Below, piece after piece: positions 52,301 through 64,000 of a DNA stretch of 64,000 nt (its first letter is position 1; every line of letters begins with the position of its first letter). The DNA is taken from the NCBI RefSeq assembly GCF_009834535.1, contig NC_045697.1, positions 96,598,001 to 96,662,000 of the forward strand, written 5' to 3'. The notes below the pieces were generated by a model. The model was not told the origin of the DNA and did not search any database. It saw nothing but the letters and a program-made list of their open reading frames with translations. Made by a program: the position numbers and the translations under genes. This stretch comes from Camelus ferus. Lineage: Eukaryota.

Positions 52301-52935
52301 TTAAGCAAAAATAAACAAATGGGCTTACATCAAACTAAAAATATTTTCCACAGAGAAGAAAACCATGAACAAAACAAAATGGTAACCTGCTGAATCGGAG
52401 AAGATATTTACAAATGATATATTTAATAAGGGGAATGATACCAAAAATATGAAAATAACTCATATAATTCAATATCAAAAACATTAAAAATAGGTAGAGG
52501 ACCTGAAGAGACATTTTTTTCAGAGAAGGCATACAGCTGGCCAACAGGCACATGAAAAGATGCTCAACATCACTGGCCATCCAGAAAATGCAAATCAAAA
52601 CTGAAAATGAGACATCACCTCACATCTGTCAGAATGCCTATTATCAAAAGGGCAAGAAACAAGTGTTGGCGAGGATGCGCAGAAAAAGAAAACTTCTTGC
52701 ACTGTTGGTGGGAATTAAATTGGTACAGCCACTACTGAGTACCCAAAAAAATTTAAAATGCAACTATCATATGATCCATCAATTCCACTCCTGGTTATTT
52801 ATTCAAAGAAAACAAAAGCACTGATTTTAAAAGATATATGTACCCCTATGTTTACTGCAGCAACATTTTTTATGATAACCAATATGTGGAAGCAACCTAA
52901 GTTGTCCATTAATAGATGAATGGACAAAGAAGAAG

Positions 52936-52974
<39 letters not shown>

Positions 52975-53138
52975 CACGTGTATGTGTGTGTGTAATGGCA
53001 ATCTGCTTAGCCATCCATGTAAAAGAATGAAATCTTGCCATTTGTGACAACATGGATGGTCCAGAGGATATTATGCTAAGTGAAATAAGGCAGAGAAAGA
53101 CGAATACCATGTGACTTCACTTATCCGTGGTATCTAAA
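49352..53138 (+). pseudogene. L1 ORF2p (endonuclease/reverse transcriptase) remnant
   Basis: Start MAISTCLTIITLNVNG, then DKFLETYNLPRL, GPDGFKSEFYQAFKEELTPILLKL and MKRCSTSLAI. The RT motif FADD is degraded to LFANGMI (51432-51452). Many frameshifts and deletions. Confidence 0.93.
52938..52992. repeat. (TG)n microsatellite inside the L1 ORF2 3' end
   Basis: About 16 perfect TG units followed by degenerate units. Confidence 0.95.
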
Positions 53139-54629
53139 ACACAAAACAAATGAAGAAATAATACAAAACAGAAATGGATTTACAGAGAATAAACTAGTGG
53201 TTGCCAGACCTGAGAGGAATAGGGGGCTGGAGGAAGTGGGTGAAAGAGATTAAAAGGCACAGACTTTCAGTTATAAAATAAATAAGTCATGGGGATGTAA
53301 TGTACAGCATAAGGAATGTAGCCAATAATACTGTAATTACTTCGTAAGGTGACAGATGATAACTAGGCTTATCATGATGATTATTTTATAGTATATATAA
53401 ATATCAACTCACTGTGTTATACACCTAAAAATAATGTAGTATTTTATGTTAATTGTAATTCAATAAAAAAAAATAAAGAGCATAATTGGAATTTTCGCAG
53501 AGAAGAGTGTGGAGTACTTTCTCTAATTCAATTTTGACATGACATAATATTAATACTGGTCATAATTAATCAATTATCCAAACAACAAATATTTATAAGG
53601 CAGTATGTTGTGGTAACAAATGAAAGGTAAGGTGCCGGTGTCTGGAAGATCTTGTTTTAAAATTTATCTTTGGCACTTTCAGTTATGTAAATTTCAGCAA
53701 TTGGTTTAAAATCTCTATGCTTAAATCTTAATCAGCCATCAAATGATTTCAATCTGAAACAAAGCCTGGCCTGTAGAAGCTAATTCTTCTCAGCAATAGA
53801 GGCAAGAATGGAATAAAATGCTTTCCCTCACATTTTTCTTAAGGTCCTATTTTTTAACAAGAGGAAAAAGAAGAAAAAAGTGGAAAATCATCAGTATTAA
53901 GTGAATTAGATGATCATTTAGGATCATGCCCATTTCTGTTAGCTAGGATTTGTCCAGCCATGAAGGTTGTCTTTGCTGTCCCCTATTCACCTTCTCCCCT
54001 GACTCATTTGAGCTAACTGACATAGATTTCTCATAATATGAGAAACTTCAAATCAGATAAAAGTAATATCACACTAGAAAAAACTAACCTAATATTTTAT
54101 TTACTACAGAATTCCCACTAGATCACTTGAAACAAACAGGAACCAGAAACATTTGTATTGTATTTAATACCATGTAGATATGAAGAAAGTAAATTCCTAC
54201 CATCTAAATCCCAGAATCACTGCACTTTCCTAGGCTGGATATATGATTAAATGTTCACATTTATTTAAGGATCCCCGGAAATTTACCCTATTTTCCTTTA
54301 CTATATTTTAATATACATTCACGTTAGCATAACCAGAAGGTGGCATCATCCTGTAGATCTGTCTAATTGTGTGTGTCAGCACATGTATGTTAGTAAATCC
54401 CTTGTTTCTTTTACATGTTTGATTTACAGAGAAACACTGAAATTTTTCTGGATAACTGGAAAATATTGACTTGGTAAATTCTAGGGTCTTATTTTCAGAC
54501 ACTAGTTCAATATAGGAATTATATCCATGCAAAGTACATACTTGGCAGAATTCCATTCATTAAGACCTATCAAAGCATAAAGGGCATAAGCTTTTTCTCA
54601 AAAAAAAAAAAATCTATACCACTGCAAAA

Positions 54630-55010
54630 AGTTCAGGGAAACTTGCTGCCAAAAGAGCCACCAAAATACAATGGCTTTAATATGATGAAAATGTATTATT
54701 CTCTCAAGTAACCAGCTTGATATGAGTGGTCCAGGTTGGCAGAGTGGTATGCGTGTCCTCTCTATATAACTTCTGAGTGTGTCCCATCCATCACTATTTC
54801 CAGGTAATAGAAAGGGCAGGGAAAGTAAATGAAGAATAAGTAATTTCCTGTCAAGCATGTGGCATGTTAGCAACATACATCACTTCTGTTCATATTCCTT
54901 TTTTGACAAATTACCCATATGACTTTATCCAGCTGCATGGGAGGCAGGGAAATGTAAACCATATTTGTGTGGCCATGTGCGATGCTAACATATAGGGGTT
55001 CTATTTCCAA
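54630..55010 (-). mobile_element. Old MaLR LTR (MLT1J/K-like)
   Basis: aaaatacaatggctttaa...catcacttctgttcatattcc...ccagctgcatgggaggcagggaaatgta resembles reverse MLT1J/K. Confidence 0.65.
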
Positions 55011-55259
55011 TAGGAGGAAAGCGTGAAATGGTACAGAGGGTATTGAGCTTTCTATGAAACACTCACCATACTTAGAAACACTACTTACTCTCAGAGTTTA
55101 GAAAAAGCATATATGTGTTTATGCATGTGTGTGCACATGTGCATAGGTATGTGTGTGTGTGAGTTTCTATTACCTCTATTTTAGACTTGACACCAAATGA
55201 ATTAAGTTGAAAAAGTGTCATAATCTCCATTTAGCTCTCTACCTAATGTGAGATATTTC

Positions 55260-55560
55260 AGTCTATATTCACAGGAAACAAATTCTGAAAAGGGTATTTG
55301 GGTAGAGGAAGGTATTGGGAAGTGCCCTCACAAGCAACAACAACATTAATGATGAGAGGAAGGGTTGGGCAGAAATAAAAACTGATCTGTGATGCAGTGC
55401 CAGGGCAAGTCAATCCCATAGGAAGCCTTGAAACTCAGATGGTCTTACAGAGTTGTCTTACATGAGACAGGGGGCTGCACTTTTAAACCCCATATCAACC
55501 AACTATTGGATGTGGATAACCCCCCAGGGAGGAGCATACCATGGTTGTCAGTTCCCTGTG
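55260..55560 (-). mobile_element. LTR16-like ERVL LTR
   Basis: ttgggcagaa...tgtgatgcag...atcccataggaagc...agagttgtc...caactattggatgtgga resembles reverse LTR16. Confidence 0.65.
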
Positions 55561-55584
55561 GGGAAAGATAAATAGTAGAGACTG

Positions 55585-55938
55585 GCTTAGCCATTTTGGG
55601 CTGCTATAAAAAGTCGCATATACTGGCTTATAAAGAGCAGAAACTTACTGCTTATAGCTCTGGAGTCTGGAAGCCTGATATGAGGGTGAAGATGCTGTTT
55701 AGGGTTGAGAGTGCCAATTTCTCATTATATATGAGGACACAGTGGAGAGCAAGAGCAGAGAGGGGAAGCAAGCTCTCTCACTGCTCTTGTAAGGGCAATA
55801 ATTCCATTTATGAGAGCCATCCTCATGACCTCATCTAATCCTAGTTACTTCTCAAAGGCTCCACCTTGTGATACCATCATACTGGGGAGCTGGGCTTCAA
55901 CATGTGAATTTGGGAGGGACCCAAACATTCAGTGTAAC
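55585..55938 (-). mobile_element. MLT1A-like MaLR LTR
   Basis: tgggctgctataa...cctcatgacctcatctaatcctagttac...gcttcaacatgtgaatttgggagggacccaaacattcag matches reverse MLT1A. Confidence 0.85.
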
Positions 55939-57135
55939 CTTCCTAAGAGATGAAAAAATGAAAGTGCTTGTGGTAGAGAGGGGTGGTGAGTGCTAAATAA
56001 CCAGATGGCAAGAATTGGAGCAATATAAGAAAATGTTTCATTGTGATTCTAGGACTAATTATATCTGAACAATCCAGATATACTGTAATGCTCCTCTTAA
56101 GCATATCTCATTGCACCTCAGATAGGAAGGGGCAAGCGTGGTCTTAACTCAAATAGGACAACCAACAAATCTTGGGATAGTTTCCAATATTTTCTTCTTT
56201 CTTCCCCAGAAAAGGATGCTATTTAACTAATGCTACACAGAAGATTGAAGTTCACATACTTTCCCTCCCCCATGCATCCCTGTCAGGATCTTGGAGGAGG
56301 ACATTAGCTTGTACAAAGAACAAAGGATAATGTGTTTATTCAAGTTGTATCTGAACTTCTCTTTAAGAAATTTACATTTACTCATGAAGAATAAAGGCAA
56401 ATACTTTGCTTAGAACATTCTTTGTTTCTCAAGGGAACCATGACAACCAATTACACATTAATTCCTATCCATCCCTTTTGCAATTATTTTTGTTATATAA
56501 TACCTCAGTACCAATTTGATTGTACCTAGTACATATGGAAATTATCTCAGCATTTGTAAAGTCTGCTTTTCTTGTATCATCATTTGGAATTAATTTTAAA
56601 ATGGAAAAAAATCCATGAATCTCTGTTTAATCTTTAATCCTATCTGGAGGAATAGCAGTAACATTTCCATTTCTGCATTACTGGCATACATCCCTAGAAA
56701 TACCTTCAATAACAGTTGGTGTGTTATCCTCTATATTCTTCCTCCCATCTCTACTCATATTGGTATTTAACTTTTGGGCAAGAGTCATGTAAATGCCAAA
56801 AGATAGAAGATGCATATTCAAAGCAGATATATTAGGGAAACTTACAGGCAGAAGTGTGGTTAAGAGTGCATTGTCACAAGTCCTTCATCTCTCAATATCT
56901 CATGGAGAGGAAGCTTGGCTTTATCTTCAGAAAGAGAAAATTTTCTGCCACTTTGTAAATTTATAGAGGAAATGAATGTCAACATGGATTACCAGGGGCT
57001 GTTGGAAGCCCCAGAACTGGGCAGTAGAGGCTACAGCCTATTTTCTGGCATCTCTTACTGAGGGAACGGGTACATTCATACCATCACTGGATTCATCTTA
57101 AGGCCTTTCAACCCTCCCTGACTAGTCAGCTCTTT

Positions 57136-57392
57136 TTCCCTCCAGCCTTACTGATATACAATTGACATACAATACTGTGTAAGCTTAAGGTGTACTGTTA
57201 ATATAACACACACTCATATGTACACACACACACCAACACACACACACCATATCTAGATGTAGGTATATAGCAATATGATTACCACCTTAGCTAGCTGACA
57301 TCTCTATCATGTCACGTAAGTACTATTTCTTTTTTGTGGTAAGAACATTTAAGCTCTACTCTCTTAGTAACATTCAAGTATATGATACAGCA
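57136..57392 (-). mobile_element. 5'-truncated L1 (L1MA-type) 3' end with TSD
   Basis: tacaattgacatacaatactgtgtaag...gaacatttaagctctactctcttag. TSD agtcagctcttt (57124) versus agttagctcttt (57393). Confidence 0.8.
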
Positions 57393-57539
57393 AGTTAGCT
57401 CTTTAAGAAAGCACAATCAAGGCCATCTGTCAGAAACACAGACTTGCTCTCTTCATAAGTAGAGAAAGATGGTTGAACACAACTTTCCATGGTACACGTC
57501 AAAATGCAATGGCACTAAGATCTCCATTCTGAAATTTGA

Positions 57540-57820
57540 ATATGGGTGGACTATTAGATAACATAGAGAATCATTATTAATTTTGCTAGTGTGCAAATGG
57601 CATTGTTTTATATAAGAAAATGTCCTTACTTCTAGTGATGCATACTGATATACTTAGGAATAAACTATCATGATGTAGGACCTTATGTTAAAATACTTCA
57701 CAAAAAATACCTCAAGCAATTTGGCAAATGTAAGCAGTGGTTTAGCTAGATGGAATGTACATGCATGTTCACTCTATGATTCTATTGTCTGTATTCAAAA
57801 TATTTCATAATATGTTTAAA
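57540..57820 (+). mobile_element. Old L1 (L1MC-type) 3' UTR fragment
   Basis: aatggcattgttttatataagaaaatgtccttac...gatgcatactgatatacttagg...atatttcataat. Confidence 0.6.
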
Positions 57821-60599
57821 ATTAAAACACATTCTTGTACAATCACTGTGCATCTTTATAAAATTCAATCAATGGGGAGAAAAATGTGTGTGGTGGCAAG
57901 AATACTCCTTATCTCAGGAGACTTTTTACCACCTCAGGTAGATCTTTTCCTAACTGGTAGCTTCTTTTTACCTTTCATTATAGCAAGATCAATTTTCCAG
58001 TCCAGATACTTGAAATGTATCCTCTAAATTGCCATTATACTCTTTCTTCTCTCTTTTGTAATCATCTGCTCCTTATATACAGCTGTAAGAATAGTTGTCT
58101 ACATGTTACTGCACTTTGGGGAGATGGGTATTTAATTGTTCCCTGCCCACTTATATAATTGAGGCACATTAGTATAGAAAATACTTGAATTTTTATTGCC
58201 TCAGGCACTGTGGAAGGAACAAAAAGAACTAAACCTTATCTTAAATTTAAAACTTAGCTAATGATTCAATGCAATGTGTAAATATATCAAATGAATAACA
58301 TTTATGTGACCTCTTAACTGTCATAAAATACGTAACATAATGATTACAAACAGATTTGATATTAAGCACATATTCTTTGCATCATTTGTATAAGTATTTC
58401 CCAAATACATGGAGGAAGAAAAATTGGGGGACTTATTCAAGGAGTTTCCAAGACATTCAGCTTGTCTAACATAAAAAATAATAGTATCATTATAAGAAAA
58501 GACATGCATAAAAATTCAGAGTCCAGCTGACTCTTCCTTAGAAAACAAATAACAACGTGTTTTGAACGGCAAAAGTCATTTTCCTTTTTAAATACTTTTA
58601 TTTTCATTATAATCCAAAGTGAGGTAATTCATGCTCAGCTGCCAGAATCAAGCAGGAGGAAAAAAACCCTCACTTAAAAACTCAGTAGGATTCTGAACCC
58701 TTTACAAACAAGTTCAATAAAATGCATATTAATCCACTGCAAAATAGAGATCCTACTTGGTCAATATTCTTTAATAATGACTCTAAATATATGAGTATCT
58801 TCACATCAATTTTTCTTTTTCAGCTCTTTTTGTTCTCAATACAAAGTGACTTCTCTTTCTTTTTAAGATTTAGTATGTCAACCACAGCCTGCTCCATTAC
58901 ACAAAGATGCCTGGTTACTTGAAAGACTTTGATACATCTGTGCTATTCCCTATGTGCTGACATATGTCTACTTGCAACAGAGAAAAGAAACTTCAAGGAT
59001 GAGCTCCACTCATTTCGGTAATTGGTATTCCAGCCTGCTAGTTCAGATGGATTATTGTTAGTGAGATAGGCAGCTAACATTAATGTCAAATTAACATAAA
59101 CTATAAGGATGATAGTATGCTGGAATTTGCATAATTTTCATCAGAATCTAAAAGCTTTTGAAATTGATTCTCAAGGACTAATAAAGACATATTAGTTTAC
59201 TTACTACAACATTTTTGGGACGTTATTTAAAATGTCACATTCTAATTTTAAGTCAGTGATCTGCAACTTAGGATAATGGACAATATATGAATTTTAGACA
59301 CAAATTAAATAAGTTATGTGAAAATATGAACCCCAAAGTTATTAATCAGCCTGTGGACAAAGGAGCACCATTTCTTTGATTCTTTAAATGTATAATGCCA
59401 CTTAAAATTCAATCCCTTGTTAATATCATCCTAAAAATTTATTGTGTACATTCTCAGGTGCCTTAATGCAGTCTGTTCAGTGATTCAAAGTCAAATGTTA
59501 ATGGCTCTATTCCAAAGTCTTAAAAAAAAAAAAAATTCTGCCGTATGTGTGATTTCATTCCAAGAGAAAAACTTTTGAGAAAGTTAAAACTGTTTATATT
59601 TTAAAATTTTTTCTGTTATGTCAAAACAAAAACGCATGAAAAGACATATGGCACATAAGCATAGAACATCCCCATCCCTGGCCTGTTTGGCTTTGGAGTT
59701 GTTCCTCTAAACAGATTATCACTTATCAGCTGTGAAGGTGAAGATATGAGCTCCTCGAAGCAGGGAAACTGGTTTCTCTTATAGATGTCCTGCCTGCCTG
59801 AATTCTGCATTCTCTAAGTGTCTTCCACATGAGATCTGTTTTGCTAACCCATAAGAAAGTTATCAGTATACCCACCACCCCAAAGCACCACTATACCTAA
59901 GCACCAACTACACCACAGTTTTTAGCACACCTCTTTCCTCTCTTGTACCATCTTTTACAGCAAACCCCAGAAGATAATCATAGTTGCTCAAAATGGGGAG
60001 AATTTCACATTCTATGTACACTGTGGTGTACTATTAACACATTATTATAAATCTTGTTTAAGAGATTGACTATATGTGCAATGTAACTAAACAAAGCTTT
60101 GGTTTTCCCTAAACTAATGAAAAAAAGGGAAAAAACTAGAGATGTACACAAATTTTAGTTTAACTCATCAAGAAAAACTTAGTCAGTATTAGAGAGTTAG
60201 AGCTCAAACATGGCTAGGCATCATACTGTTGGTAATTGTTGTTACAAATACTTACTTTGTTATGAATAATCAAAGAGCATAAGCTTGTCTGCGCACAGCT
60301 GAAAGGTAATCTTGTTTACTTAAGACACCTTTCAGGACAACTTCTTTGGATACAGAGAAAAAGCACTGGTTCCAGTTCTAGCTCTCCAGTGTGGTAGCTG
60401 TGCAACCCTGGCCAGCCATATATTTTTATCAGATCCTTCATAGCAAGATAATAATAAGATAAAAGAATAAAGTAATAATAAGATAAAAGAACTTGCCCTG
60501 TTTGCTGTCAAGAGTTATTGGAGAGTTCTGGCAAGAATCATTTTCCATTCCTCATTCTGAAATCACACAGGCATACTCTATTTTGAATGAGAGAAGCAA

Positions 60600-63500
60600 A
60601 CAAATTTAATTCACTAAATACAGAGAGGTAGGCAGTACAGAGCCTGAGATACCAGAAAAAAACAGCAAAAGTATCCTTTCTGAAGGGGAGGGGCTGCCCC
60701 AGAAAGAAAAAAATTCTACTTCCTTTTTTAGCAATTGTGCTACATATAATAATGCAAAATTAGGTAACTGCAGTGAGTAAGAGTGAGCAGGAACTGTATT
60801 AAACATTTTTTTTCAGAGAAGTATGGAAGGCAAGGCCAAATACACATGCAGAATATCCATTTCTACAAGAAGCTATACAAAAGCACAGTAATAATGATAA
60901 TACTATCAAGTGAAAATGGAGAAGATGGAAAAGGATGGTGAAGACTTGCTGATTTTTCATTTGTTAATAATAAGAAACTAATAGAATGTGTTTGAAGTAA
61001 AAACATATATAAAATTTTAATTAGAAAATTTTATCAGTAGAATAAAAATGCAAATACTCAAATATCAGAATTACACACAGGAACAATGAAAACAGATTGT
61101 ATAGGAGAGATTAAAACATGTTAACAGGAAAATGACAAAATTAGGACAAAACTTCATAACAATAATGTAATAATATCAATGAAGGTTAATAGAGTTAACC
61201 CATCTATAAAAAATAGCTTGACTTTGGATCTCAGCAAACACAAACCTATACTTTATAGAGTATATAAAAGGTGATTCATAAATCTGAAAAATGGGCATTA
61301 TGTAAGTGCAAGCAAAAAGAAAGTAGGATTGTAACCTTAATATCAAACAAGGTAGGATTCAGGTTGATGTCTACTATATGAGATAAAAGAGTTCTTCAGG
61401 ATGCTAAAGCCTGCAATCTACACAGAAGATAAGCAGTTATGCATATCTTTGTAAAGTATAACACAGCAGCAATATTAGTAAAGCAGAAATTACAGACATA
61501 CACAGAAGCATTCTAAACATACAGCAATAAGTTGAAACTCTGAATATTTTAATTAATATATCAATGTCAAAGACTGCTTTTTGACAAACATCAAACAGCC
61601 AGAAAAACTCCTAACTCACCTAATCAAGAAAAAAAAAGTGGGAACATATAAAATATGAAATAATAGGGAAACGGTCACAGAAACAGGAAATTATAAGAAT
61701 CAAACAAAACAGATTTGCTTTAAAATATGCAAATAAGCTTGAAAACCGGTGTAGGACAGATAAATTCTAGGAAAATAAATTTCCCAAAACTGACCCAGGA
61801 AGAAAATAAAGCCTATACAATTAATGAAACCTATAGAGAATATTACCTTAAAACAATTAAATACCATAAAAACTAAATGAAAAAAGCTGAATCAAACCTC
61901 AGGGGATCAGAGAGCTTACAGGATAATTTTAGTAATCTCTAAAAGGCAAATAACTAAATGTTATGAAAATATATCCAGAGTACATAAAAAGAAGAGAGCT
62001 TCCAAATTCAAATTATAAATTGAGTATACACTAATACTAATATATGACAATAATTTTACAACAAATAAAATAAAATTACAAAAATATCACTTATGAATAT
62101 TGACCTAAAAATCACAAATAAGCAGATTTTAGCAACCTACTTAAAGAAATAAATGCAACATGGCCTAATAGTGTTTATTCTAGGAATTCAGTGATGTTTC
62201 AATATTGTTAAATTGATTGATATAATTTATCAAATCAATACTCCTAGAAAAATATCAGAGACTTTTTCCATAGGTAATAAGAAGTATTTGACCAAACTGA
62301 AGTCAGTTTTTGAAAATAAAAATTCAAGAAAATAAGGAATAATTAACATTTTCTTAAGATGGTAAAACAGACCTATCACAACCTCAACTTCCCTCTTAAT
62401 AAGTTAAGCTTTGTACTTGAGTTCTAATCAAAGCAATTTTAAAAGGTAAGTAAATTGCATGAAGTATGAAAAGTAGGAAAAAATAAGGAAATAAAATTAT
62501 GTGTTTATAAGCGATAAACACAGCATGTCTGTAAAATGTAAGAGAATCAACTGAAATTGATCCCAAACAATAAGATAAATCAATAATATTTCAAGCAATC
62601 AAATGTATAAATAGAAATAACCAGTGGTCCTTAAATAGTCAATTATAATTCAGAATTTCTAACTATGTAAGGGAACCTACTTACAACAGCACAAAAATCA
62701 AATATACCTATGAATTATATTAAATAGGAAATATATAAAATTCACACAAAGAAAAACTTAAGAAGCTACTGAAGGAAACAAATGATGCTCTTACAAATAA
62801 AAATTATATCATGTTCTAGGATATTATAATAACTTCAATTTTATGCAAGTGAATTCATTTTTATAATACCAGTTTTAAAAATTCACATGGAAAAATAGCA
62901 AACAAGTATAAAGAAGAAAATTCTAATTCAGAATGGACACTAGCCCTGCTAGACACTAAACAGTAATTTCATTCATCATGTGTTATAGCCAACTAGAGAC
63001 AGTGCAGGTAACAATAATAATAGCAGTAATAACAGCGACGGTGGCGGTGAAGATGACACAGTCTTACAGTCAGACAGCCCAGGGGTTAGATAATGGCAGT
63101 GCTGCCCTTTGCCAAATGAATCTGGTAAGTAGGCCCATGGTTTTGTCATCTGTCAAATGAAAAAACACTGTCCTATCAGGTGGCAGAATTAATTAAATAA
63201 AATACTATACATAAACCAACTAATATTATGCATATCATTAAGTGTCAACATTAAAGCAGTTTATTATAGGGTATGCATAGAAAGACAAATAGAATACAAG
63301 AAAAAGTCCAGAAACAGACTGAATAGGTATGAGCTGTTAATTGTTGTGATCTCAAATAAGGGAGAAAAAATGGACTATTCAAGAAATAGTGTTCTGACCA
63401 CTGGAGTCATCTGAAAAGAAATAAATAGGAAGATATATAGCATATCATTCACTAAAAAACATGTCAAACTGATTAAATATTTTAATGCAAAAGATAAGAC

Positions 63501-63620
63501 CATAACAATACTAAAAGAAGACATAGCAGCCATTTCCTAGTAAGCTAAGAGTAGGAAAGATCTATGTTAACACAATTTATAATTCAGAGGCAACAAAAGA
63601 GGTAATTGTTTAATTAGACC
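60600..63620 (+). mobile_element. Ancient, highly decayed L1 (L1ME-type) ORF2 region, interrupted at 62961-63233
   Basis: A-rich strand bias and collinear ORF2 landmarks: aaaaagaaagtaggattgtaaccttaatatcaaacaag, gataaattctaggaaaat, gtttattctaggaattcagtgatgtttcaatatt, aaattcacatggaaaa, ggactattcaagaaatagtgttctgac. Confidence 0.75.
62961..63233 (-). repeat. Inverted 273-bp copy of 40857-41126 inserted in an old L1
   Basis: About 95% identical to the reverse complement of 40857-41126. L1 sequence resumes on both sides. Confidence 0.95.
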
Positions 63621-63837
63621 TTCAGTTATGAGAGTTCCAGGCAGAATGATGAAAGCGTCAGTAGTTCTTACATATTGTGCATGAGTTACTACTACAAGAA
63701 AGAGATGCGCCAAAAAAATACCGAGTCCAATGCTGATAAGCTGAATTTAGAGTAAATTTTAAAAGGGTCAGAATCTGCTAGGTTAGAAAAGAATATGAAT
63801 TAACATATTCAGGTTCTTAAGCCACAAAGATATTGTC

Positions 63838-64000
63838 AAAGTACAACCTATGGAATGGGAGAAAATATTTGCAAATGATGAGGCTGACAAGGGATTAATT
63901 TTCAAAATATACAAACAGCTCATATAGCTTAAAAAAAAAACAATAAAAAATGGGCAGAAGACCTAAACAGACATTTCTCCAAAGAAGACATCCAGATGGC
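63838..64000 (+). mobile_element. Younger 5'-truncated L1 ORF2 fragment running off the window end
   Basis: gaatgggagaaaatatttgcaaatgat...aaatgggcagaagacctaaacagacatttctccaaagaagacatccagatggc is a well-preserved L1 ORF2 C-terminal region. Confidence 0.9.

Larger units (their letters stand above)
46870..53476 (+). mobile_element. Full-length, inactivated LINE-1 (6.6 kb) with 14-bp TSD
   Basis: Starts gagaggagttcaagatggc, then a ~1.1-kb 5' UTR, ORF1 and ORF2 remnants, 3' UTR, AATAAA and poly(A). Perfect TSD agagcataattgga at 46856-46869 and 53477-53490. Confidence 0.97.

Noticed and set aside
46870..53476. Active, retrotransposition-competent L1
   Set aside because: Both ORFs carry many stops, frameshifts and deletions, and the RT catalytic aspartates are lost.
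1..64000. Prokaryotic systems (CRISPR arrays, operons), rRNA or tRNA genes
   Set aside because: The sequence is mammalian and repeat-rich. I saw no spaced direct-repeat arrays, long ORFs or recognisable structural RNA genes.

Overview
This is AT-rich, CpG-depleted mammalian genomic DNA. The repeat content suggests a cetartiodactyl, possibly a camelid (inference: a Tigger1a_Art-like element and the L1 3' ends are present, and I saw no Bov-A/BovB, PRE-1 or Alu-type SINEs). I can support no intact protein-coding gene; the listed ORFs are chance frames or pieces of decayed L1. Most recognisable content is transposon-derived: a full-length but dead 6.6-kb LINE-1 with a perfect 14-bp TSD (46870-53476), truncated L1s, two solo copies of one LTR family, old ERVL/MaLR LTRs, a Tigger1 derivative, and MIR and L2 fossils. 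A small CpG island at about 3.3-3.6 kb looks like the promoter and first exon of a minus-strand transcript that leaves the window to the left. The two most unusual observations are (1) a 270-bp segment at 40857-41126 copied in inverted orientation 22 kb away into an ancient L1 ORF2 with microhomology junctions, and (2) a 384-bp 'mini-L1' consisting only of an L1 5' end fused to an L1 3' end and flanked by TSDs, a candidate non-autonomous bipartite retroelement. Repeat family names come from recalled consensus sequences, not a database search, and boundaries of old repeats are approximate.
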